Part shown: one piece after another, positions 24,001 through 35,007 of the stretch | How positions within the stretch are numbered: the stretch's first letter is position 1 | Layout of the letters: every line of letters starts with the position of its first letter | From: Callorhinchus milii | Lineage: Eukaryota | Assembly (NCBI RefSeq): GCF_018977255.1 | Contig: NW_024704751.1 | Coordinates: 5,642,001 to 5,706,000, forward strand | DNA: 64,000 bases | Direction of reading: 5' to 3' | Translations under genes and position numbers: made by a program | The notes under the pieces: generated by a model | What the model saw: the letters and a program-made list of their open reading frames with translations, nothing else | The model's database searches: none | What the model was told of the DNA's origin: nothing

Positions 24001-27000
24001 GATCAGAAAGACTTCTCTTATACATACTCATCTCCCATTTCTGTATTCAAAGCTAAACATTCAGGACTTTACAACAACAATAACAACTTGCTTGTTATAC
24101 AGCGGGCTAGCGCTCAACAGTGGTGGTGTCTGACCCTGAGCCAGGAGGAAGGGCAAGGAGGGAGGTGACCATAAGCACAATCAAAAAGGAAGGTCTTCAG
24201 ATGGGATTTGACAGTGGGGAGGAAGGGGGCAAGGTGGGGGTATTGGGGGAGAAGGTTCCAGAGCCCTAAAATGCAAGTCTCCCTCTGTCCCTCTCTCTTC
24301 CCTCTAGTTGCACAACTGTGAGCCAACTGGCTGCCTCGTCGCCCTACAAATGCCACTATGCCACTGAGCAATTATCTGTGAAGCGCTTTGAGACATTTTG
24401 ATGTTTGTTACACGCGCTCTATCAAATGCAAGGGTTATTCTACTTGTTTGCTGGAACCGTCTTAGACCCAGGCACAGTCGAAGGAGTAGGTCTTTAGGCA
24501 GAATTTAAGAACTGAGGGAGGGAGTTCCGGAGATTAGGGCCATAGCAGCTGAAAGCTCGGTCACTGCTGGTGGAGCAGAACAGGTTGAGTGAGCCTATTT
24601 GCTGAGCGGAGGCAAAGGAGGTGAGGAGGGGGAATAGGAAAAGGTCACAGATACAGGAAGATGTTTGAACGTGAAGGTGTTATCAATGAGGGCAGAGTGT
24701 TGGAAGGCTACCTGCCCCCATTAAGTTATGAAAGGTTTGGAGATATAATGTGGAAATGCCATCATACCAGTGTCTTTGGCCACATCTTCCACCTTTTCAT
24801 TCCTCATCTCTGCCATGTAGCCAAGGACAGTAAATATGACGCAGCCAGAGAACAAGCTGGTCATACAGTTGATAGCGCTGGTGACCAAGGCATCCCTAAA
24901 GCAAAGAGACAAGTCACACTGCGTTGACTGAAGACAATTTGGGCAATGAAGCGTTTAACAAAGACTCACTTTGAATTTTGCAACGTTTGTCTGTGACACA
25001 TTATCGAATACTTCCGGTCATCGGGTGAGCTTCATACAGCCAGAGCTGGGTTATATCATCAGGGTTTGGGAGCCCTGTGATTTTGCACTTAAAATCAAGA
25101 ACTACTTTCTCCTTGAATTCCCTCCGACACAAAACAAAACATAAATCTAGAAGTCTTTAGAGACTTGGCAAGATGGGGCTGGGGGTGTGGTGCGGTGGGT
25201 GGGTGGGTGGGAGCTTGGGCAGCTATAGGCCAACCTGGCTGCGTTGGTGGCACTCTTAAATTAAGAGTGTGCACTCCATTCTACACGCAGAGGAATTTCC
25301 TTGTGTAGGTGGCAGATTCGTGGGCAGAGTAGAGGGAGGTTTACCCTGAATGTGCCCTACCCTGCAATTTTCCTCGAGTGAGGTTGGTGACATTGATACC
25401 GAGTCCTGCAGTTTACAGAGTAAGCAAATCTGCATTGATTTCCCCCTCTTAACCAACACAAACGGCAAGTCAGCAAAAACAAACAAAACACCCATGTGTG
25501 TGTGTGTGTGCGCGTGTGTGTGTCGTCTCAAATGGCGTTAACTCTAAAAAAAAGCGGGAGTTTTTTTTCCCCCCCAAAAAACATGGATAAATAATTCACA
25601 TTAATTTTTCTTTTTACACACTGACTTGTAGAAGTTATTGTTAAACTTGTTGTAGCTGGCGAACGCCAGGAGCACACCAAACCCCGGTCCGAGCGAAAAA
25701 AAGACCTGAGCTGCTGCGTCGACCCACACCTGCAAACCGAGAGATGAGACGTTATTTCCCGAAACCCTCCCAACGATGCTGATGCAACAACAACAACAGC
25801 AACTTGCATTTAGACAGTTGGTGATAGCGATCCACTTTAGGGTATATTCTATGAAGCACTTTGAGACGTCTCAACGACATGCGAGATAAGGTTCTATCTC
25901 AAATCCAAGGATTATTGTTATTACTTATGATGGGGGTGGGGGGGGGTGGGGTGGGATGTGATTCCACATTGCGTACAAAATTTGGCAAATTCTTCAACAC
26001 GTTTCCACCCCTTTGCAAAAACGTTTCTTTTTTCAGAGATGCAGGAAACCGACCTCAAAGTCAAGACCGATTTCGACAATTTGCCAAACCCTGGGAAAGT
26101 CTTAAAAATGCTGCACAAATAAAGTAACTCTAGACCCAGCTGGACTTTCTCCGCATCTGCGGAGACAGACAGGAAAACAAACAATTTCTTCAAAAAAAAA
26201 AAACCCATGGTATCACAAGTTCTGTTCAAAAAAAAAAGCGACGGCAAACCTTGCACTATCATCTCTTGCTTCTGCAAAGAATTTCTAGCTGATTAGTGAT
26301 ACTCGTGGACTCTAGTGACAGTGGCTTCCTTATTCCAGCATTGATGCAAAGACCGCAAAGCTGACGGGAAAGGTACTATTATACACGTAAATTGTTGGTG
26401 CTGTTCAGTGCTTTGAAGTGCCGAAGCAATGCGGGACTAGATCACGAGACTGCTTCAGACGAAGAAGGCCTTTTGGCCTATTTGATCTCATCCCTCCAGA
26501 ATACCCACTCAACAACAACAACATGCATTTATATAGTGCCCTTCAGCACTTTACAGTCTACACAATACAGCATGAAACAGGATGATGTTACGCCCCAGTA
26601 GAAGAGACGCATTACTTAAGATTAAACTTGACTTGATCTTTGCAATGTCTATCAATCTACCTTCATCCGGAGTTGGTGTTTGATTTCTACGATTGTATAT
26701 TTTTACTGTATTATGTGTCGCTAGAACACGTGGCAGGTATAAGCGCTGAACTTTTTTTTAACTTGTCCAGGTAGACATTAAAAGATCCAGTTGCACTACT
26801 CTTTTTTAAAAAAAAAGAGTTTGTCTTGGTGTCCTGGCCAGCAATCCACCAGATCACTCGCTTCACAGCTGTTTGTGAGATGTTGCTGTGCACAAATTGA
26901 CTGCCGCGCTCGCCTATGAAATGCACAGTCACTTTAAAGTGTTTTGAGACGTCTCGACCACGTGATGAAGCATTTTACCGAATGCAAGGCTTATTCTCGG

Positions 27001-30000
27001 TACTATTTCCTTCCTCATGGGATAACAACTCCGTCTTCTTGTGGCAGCTCATAATAATAATAATAATAATAATAATCCTTGCATTTGATATAGCGCTTTT
27101 CACGTTGGGAGGACGTCCCAAAGCGCTTCACAGAACACACTGTAAAGTGAATTGACTGTATATTTGTGGGCGAACGCGGCAGCCAATTGCGCACAGCAAT
27201 GTCCCACAAACAGTCGTAGATTGAAAATGACCAATTTATTATTGTTTTGTTTTTTGAAGGGATTATTATTAGGCGTGTGGAGTAAGGAAACTTGCCCAAG
27301 GTTTCGCCCTGACCTGCCTGGAAATGAACTCAGGTCTCTCGCTTGCAAAGCGAGTGCTCTAACCACTGAGCTACAGGACTCCACATGTTGTTCCCCAGAA
27401 TATGGTCAATTGAAAAGCAATACCCTGCAAACGTTGGCTTCAGGAGAGGTAACATTCAGTCTGCGAGCCTATGAAAAAGTGTGCCTGGCCAAGTCAATAC
27501 TGTATTTGCTTTCTTTTATCCTCCAAACACAAGCTGGCTAAAGTAATAACAATGTGTCCTGTTTAATTAAAGGGTAGAGTAAACCTTCGATGAAAGCACC
27601 ACGGCAGGATTTTAATGCGTTTCCAGTAACACAGGGCGCAAACAATTTTGTGGTCACATTTTCAGTTCCTGTTTGGATTTCTGTCTCAGTATGAGTGCTT
27701 TCATCATAAAGAGGACCTCCTGGCAATTAAGGTAATAAATAATAATTAACAATAATCCTCAGATTTGATATCACGTCTTACCCCTCTCGAAGTGCTTCAC
27801 AGATAATTGCTGTGAAGTGTAGCGAGTGTGTATTTGTAATTGAACGAGGCAGCCAATTTGCTTCCCACTAAGGTTCCTCAAACAACTATGAAATTAATGA
27901 ACTCTTTTATCCTGATGGGACTGTCGGCCAGGACACCGGGAGAAACTCTCTCCTCTTTTCGAATAGCGCTGCAGGATCCTTAACGTCTGCTTGAACAGTT
28001 AGACTGGAACTCAGTTTAACGTCTCATCCTAAGGACGGCCAATGCAGATGTGCAATACCGGCAATCTATTGCAGTGCTCTGCAAAATTAGCGTCAAACAT
28101 CTTTTAGGCCGGCTTCAACACCCTTCCATTGAACCACACGGGCTTCAACCACTGCTGCGGCTGTGTAAAAGGAGGTACGTTGGTCTAACCTAGTGAGCCA
28201 GTGGTGCGGGAGCTAGAGGCAATATGTTTCTGGTGTTTTACCCACCTGCCTGGTTAGAAGTTTACTCCACTCGGGCTTAATGTAGAAGAGAATCCCTCGC
28301 CAGGCTCCAGGCAGCGTAGCTCCGCGGATCAAGAGAATAACCAGCACCACGTAAGGGAAAGTAGCTGTCACCCTCACCACCTGCAGACCCGAAAAATACA
28401 GAGCAAATTTGTCTTTGCTGTAAAACAATACAAAACTCTTTTATATATTTTGTGTGCTCCACAAGTACTTAGACCCAACATTTGCTGCTAGTCTTTAAGT
28501 CTTCGTGGAGAATCATTTATATCTAATATATATATATTTATTACAATATATATATATTTATTATATTATATATAATGATCCTTGCATTTAATATAGTGCC
28601 TTAATATATCATGTCATTGAGATGTCTCAAAGCACTTCTCAGAATGTATTGTAAAGTAGATTGACTGTGTATTTTGTGGGCGAAACACGGCAGCCAATTG
28701 CGCACAACGACGTCCCACAATTTACATTTGTAAAGGATACCGGGGGGAACTCTCTTCTATTCAACATAGATTCAACAGCCTCCCGTTGCTCCCAGTGTAG
28801 ATCCACAATGTGAGTCGGAGGATTCCTGGCACTTTACTCCAGCTAGTGTCCCTATCTACAGGATAGGAGGATAAAGTTCAGGGGAAAGAACTCTCTCTTT
28901 GTTGACAATCAGATATTTCGTCCGCTGAAGGTCAAAGAACAAGTAAGCATGAAGGGAATTTGGGGCAGTTTAATAGTTAGTTGATGCAAACTTTTTTTTA
29001 CTGTCTCGACGTCCCAACAAATTTATCAGCTGAATTAATATGCTTAACGCTCAGCTTGGCTTTCTACCGAAGATTGCTAAATAAGTTAAGTTTCCGCCCG
29101 GGAATCGAATCCCGGGAATCGAATCTGGGTCCTCTTGCTTGCGAGGCAAGCTTGCTAACGACCACGCTACAGGTGGGCTGTCACAGTTTGGGCTGTCCCA
29201 TTTCACAGCCGGCTTTGCCTTCATCCACAAAAGTCACCGCACTTTACAGTATATCCTGTGAAGCGCTTTGGGATGTCCTCCTAACATGAAAGGCCAGGGT
29301 TGGTAATGGCAAACGTAAGGATTATTATTTGGGAACTGAGCTGTCTGGTGGGGTGGGGTGTGTGTGTGTGTAGGTAGGTAGGGTGTAGGCGATGTGAGGA
29401 GCGGAGTGGGTTTGTTCTGAGCAGTGATCGCAGGCAGTATCTGCAGAAGTGCTTTTCTTCCTCTCACTCGGCTGAACAAAACTAATGACTTGCTGGAATG
29501 GATGTTCTACTTTGTGGGCTCGTTGGTGCTTAGGGTTGCCATGTGTGCAAATCCTGCAGGAGACTCAGTTGTAAGGATTCAAAATTAAAGGCCACATGCT
29601 AAGCGTGCGAAACGCTGCAAAAGTAAATTAGCACAGCCAGATGCTCATAGCTTTAATGTTCAAACAGCAACAAGAACAATTTGTGTTTGCGCAACCCCTG
29701 TGCCCAATTGTTTGACTAGATTTAATGTAAGTGTCAGCCCGGCTCAATTGGTAGCACTATCCCCTCTGATTCAGCTCATCCTTGACTGTCCAGCGCTTTG
29801 GGATGTCCGCCTGACATGAAAGGCACTACACAAATATAATTTGTCGTTGTGGTTGTATCCTGTGAAGCAATTAAGAGACGTCCTCCCAGGCACTGTACCA
29901 AATGCAAAGGTTATAACTGCTACCCAGACTTTACTGGCAATCTTCCGGCTGATCGATAGGAACCTGCTGTTAGAATCATGGAATTATACAGCGCAGAAGG

Positions 30001-33000
30001 CCATTCGGCCCATCGTGTCTGCGCCGGCTGTTTGAAAAGAGCTTTTCCAAACCAATCCCACTCCCCCACGCTCTCCCCTATGGAGCTGTGTCAGGCACAC
30101 ACCGTGCCCTGCTGTACAGGTCCACCTACCTTTCCAGAGGTCTTCACGCCTTTCCAAATGCTGAAGTAGACCACCGTGAAGATAAACAAGAGGCAGAGCG
30201 CGAGCTGCCAGCTGACTCCGCCAAGGTCTCCGAGACCACTCGATCGATGGACCTGAAGAACTTTGCGACTGCGGCAGAGAGAGAGAGAGACAAAACAACG
30301 CCACACATTACAACGCCGTTTGCGAGTAGGAAACCGAAGCGCCTTGAGATGCCTCGACGGCGAGATGAGGCGCTACATCAAATTACAATCCGAGCTTGAA
30401 AGAAATGCAATTTTTAAAAAATAAAAACTTTTTTCTTAAATCTTCGCCCCTCCCTTCCGTCTTTTTTCGTTCTTTGCGAATGGCGTCGAGCAGCTGGATA
30501 GGGAGGTCAGGTTGACATCTCTCCGACTCTTTCCCAGTTGTCATTCTCTGAGCAGCAGCCAGATACAAACACGCTAATAGACCTTAAACACGCTTGTGTG
30601 TGTTTGTTTATTCGGTTACGAAATCGAGAACTTGAATCTACGTTTCAGCGAAACAAGGACAATAATAACAATAACATTTATTATTATTATTATTGAGTGG
30701 AAAGAGAAAGGGGGCGAATGGGTAGAACGCGGAACCGATCGGAGACGGGTTGATACCTGCATTGGGTATCAGGTTCCATGTCAAGCCTTTTGAGAGAAAA
30801 GGTATTGAGTAATAACACGATAAAGGTTACAGTGATTACGCACCACAGGATATTATTGCAGTGGCTACTGCCAAGGTTCTTTTTCTACACAGCTAATCGT
30901 TTGAAGGCAAAAAAAAAATCTTAGAAATTGGTCCCTTTGGGATTTACAATTTTCCTGTTAAAAACTCTGTAGGAATTTTGGACAGAGCATCTGAACGAAA
31001 CGTTGACCCTAAAGCTCTAGGCAGTTGCGAGTGTTGTGTCTTGGGTTTCATAAGAGGTTGGTGTTTAATAAGGATGAGCTGGGCTTGGATCATGAGAGCA
31101 ACATTAAATTTAGATTTAATATCCCCCCACAAAAAATCCTTGAGAGGGACTGGAGATTAGAAGACATTTTCCTGCACAGTAATGAATCTTGATGTTGTTT
31201 CAACTGTGGAGTCCTGTAGCTCAGTGGTTGGAGCACTCGCTTTGCAAGCGAGAGACCTGGGTTTGATTCCCGGTAGGGTGAAACCTTGGGCAAGTTTCCT
31301 CACTCCACACGGCTGATAATAATCCCTCAAAAAAAACAATAATAATAATTTCAATCCACGACTGTTTGTGGGGCGCTGGTGTGCGCAATTCGCTGCCGCA
31401 TTTCGCCCACAAATATACGGTCAATTCACTTTACAGTCTATTCTGTGAAGCGCTTTGAGACATCGAGAAGACGTGAAAAGCGCTTTATTAAATGCAAGGA
31501 TATTATTATTATTATCAACTCTTCCAAAAAAGGGTAAGGATCTCGGTAAGGATTTGAGAACAGCGTTGGAGGGTTTTGGTACAGGCGTGAAAGGCGCTTA
31601 CAATAAATGCAAATTGTTGTTGCGTGAATAGAAGGAAGGAGGTTGGGTTTGAAGAGTGAGACATTGTCGGGGTTGGAAGGAATATTACGAGGTTCCTATT
31701 CAGGCAGAGGCTTGACCTGGGATATAGATCGGCCAAAGGCTGTATCCACTTACATGCACTTACGTAAAAAATTCTTCTGCCGGAGATGTGGAGCTCTTTG
31801 TCCAGGTCGTATTTTTCTTGTGGAAATAGTTGGTGCAGTTCAGAGTGTTCCACCCGTTGTTACACCTGGCCCAGGGGAGCTCAGTGGTAAATGAGAAGTA
31901 GAGGTAGTAGACAGCCCAGGACATGATCGTGTTGTAGTAAAAGGCGACGAATAGAGAGATTATACAGATTGCGTACCCAATCCCTGCGGGAAAACAAAAG
32001 AGGCGTGTTTCTGTCATGTTCTCACGTTGATCCGGGCGTTCCGAGACGCTAAGGGCGCTATATATACGCTAGTTGTTGTTGTTATTATTGATTCTTAGCA
32101 TCGTCCCTACTCTGGTACTGTCAGTCGATTTCGTTTTCATCCTCAGCGCAAGCTTACGGCTGAGGAAACCCCCACAGGGTAAATAAGAAATAGAATTAAG
32201 CCTCGCTTTTTTTTCTCAGAGAACAAGAAGAGTTAGTTGTAAAATGGGGGCAATTTCAGGACAGGCACCCAACACCAAGCAACAGCAAATTACATTTGTG
32301 AAGTGTTTTTCACGACGAGAGGATGTCCCGAGGTGCTGGACAGTCAGGGATTCGGACCCGAGCTGGGGTTTGGGATAAGGAGGAGGGGTGGGGGGGTGGT
32401 GGCAGGGAGGGTGGAGGGGTAGGAGCATGACCTAAGGTGCGGTCGAAGAGTAAGGCAAGGAGGAAGTATCTTTTTTTTAAAAAAATAAGCTTGATGCAGT
32501 GATGGTGAGGGTGGTAGAGTGCGCATTCTGCAAGGATGAGATCAAACGGGCTAAAAGGGCCCTCTTGATCCGATCTGATCTGTGGTCTTTGCTGTAAGCA
32601 TTTAAAATTGTTCCATTTGTGGAAGTGAATGAACAGGAACGAGGTTACAAAGCACAGCCTACATTTCACTAAATCCATTAGTGCTAAAGACTCTTCTGGG
32701 ACCATGTAGAGGACTTGTTCACTGCATTATAATTCATGGTCAAAGCAAAGCCAGAGATGTTTCTGACGGTTCATGGTGTGAAATGCAATTATCACTGCAC
32801 ATCAGGAAGACCTCAGCACTGATTCCCTTATCTGCGTTAGCTGAGTTAAGTGATCTGAGCTGGGTAACAATGACGCTGCTACAACTGGTGACTGGTGTTA
32901 GTGGGAACATAGGAACAGGCCATTCAGCCCCTCAAGCTTGTTCCGCCATTCCATTAGATCATGGCTGATCTGTGCCTCAACGCCATTCACCCTCTTTTGC

Positions 33001-34973
33001 TCCATATCCCTCTATCTATCTGGGGATAGGGAAAATTAATCCATCTCCTCCAAGTTATTCAATTTTGTTTCTTCCCTATTTTCTACCGCACGTCACCTGT
33101 TTGATGCTTGTTCCAATGCACAACACTAAGAATTGGGTGTTTGATTTTCAGATGTTTTTACACTACAACCTTCTGCAGCTAGATCATAGCAATTCTCTTT
33201 TTTTCCCCCCCCCCCTCTTAATTGGCTTTTATGGCTGAAAATCGTCAGAGAATTACCGCTTATTTGATGACTACAATACAAACTGAGCGTGGTGAAGGCG
33301 ATATGAGAAATAACCTTACCTTTGAAAATTGGGCATATTTTCCTCCAGATTGAAATTGCTCCATTTCTGTGGTACTGCCCGATAGCCAACTCCATATAAA
33401 ACAGAGGTATCCCACCAAACACTGCCATCAGGAGATAGGGGATAAGGAAAGCACCTGCGATTTAACAAATTGATCAATAAGTAAAAATGCAGAAAGGAAT
33501 AACACAAACCAACAGGAAAAGACTATAATCACCACAAGATGACAAGGAATGAAGAGTTAGATCCATTTGATCATAATTATTATTTTAATTGTCATAATGA
33601 TCAATCATTTCATCCTGTGTTTCCACAATACAATATCCTACCCATATGGAGGTGGCGGGAAAGCTGGGTGGGGTGGGGTGGTGGGTGGGGAGTCGGGGAA
33701 GGAATAGGATAAGTGGAGGCTCCTGGGCTGTACAGTAAAACCCACATAAATCATATCAATCAGGACCATCATATTTAATATGACTTACCATCATATTTAA
33801 TATGACTTAATATGACTTATATATGACTTATATTAAAGTCATATTTAATATGACTTACGTGAAATCTGAGTTACAGGCAAAGTGCATAAATTGTATAAAA
33901 TCGGATTTATTTAATAATCTACATTGTGTGCACGTAATTCAATGCATCCAGTAAGTGGATGTGCTCTGACAGGTTTCCTGGGATTCATTGACTCTTGAAA
34001 AGTCGCCGAATGCGCACTTACTGGGAAGCGTTGGAATCACATTGAATCGCGGAAAATCAAGTTCTTCTGCGCCTGCAGGCGCTGAATGGGGAATAGGGTA
34101 GAGGCATGACGAGTTAGGAGATGATTTGCTTATAAAATATGACCCAGTGCAAAAAAATCTAAGTGGTTTTGATAGAAAACTGAATGGGACTCGGGTGTAC
34201 GTACGAGTCTTAGGCGATTATATCATTTATAAAGACTTTTGTGCGTTTTACTGTATAAACATTGGCATAGGCTAGGTTGAGCAACCGGTTTCAGATATAT
34301 ATAATATATATATATAGGTGCAATGCAATCTACATGATTCTATGTGCTGTCCATCGATAACAGGATTGGATTTGTGTTGGCTCAGTCTCTCTCTGTGGTG
34401 TGTTCAACTCCAATATTAAATTCTTACGTTGTAACCTCAATCCCGACTGATACTGTAGCTTGTCTCATCTCACCTAAATGGAACCGACTGCTGGATGGAG
34501 CGCTTTGCAAAAGCATGAACCTGCTTCTATCCTACAGGGGTGAAAGACCAACAAGGCAACAAGCATCGCTTGCCAAAGTTCACCTTTGATTTTCCAATTA
34601 CCAGGCAGTGTTCAAGTCAACCCTAAGTCCAGGCTTCAAAGCATTCTCTATTTCAGCTTCTGTTTAAACTGAGTTATCTAATGGAAAGGTCGAGACCCAC
34701 AGCTCCGGACGTCACTGAGACTCCGAGAGAAAACTGAAAGACAATTTCACGCTGTCAGTTTGTCAGTGGAGTTAGAAATGTGATGAGAAATGTAGTCAAG
34801 CTACGAACATGGCTTTATTGAGCTGTTTATCAGGTTTAGGTGCAGGTGCTTTCAAAGGTTTCTCACTGTAATACTCATTCAAAATACAAGTTCTTTTTGG
34901 AAGCAGTGTCTAACATGAGTGCATTGAAAACACTGGAGGGGAAAAAAATTGCAAAGTTACTTTGACTTTTTTA

Positions 34974-35007
<34 letters not shown>

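Noticed and set aside
25010-25018. Consensus ETS (Pet1/FEV-type) site ACTTCCGGT in a SERT intron
   Set aside because: A single short motif with no clustering or conservation evidence
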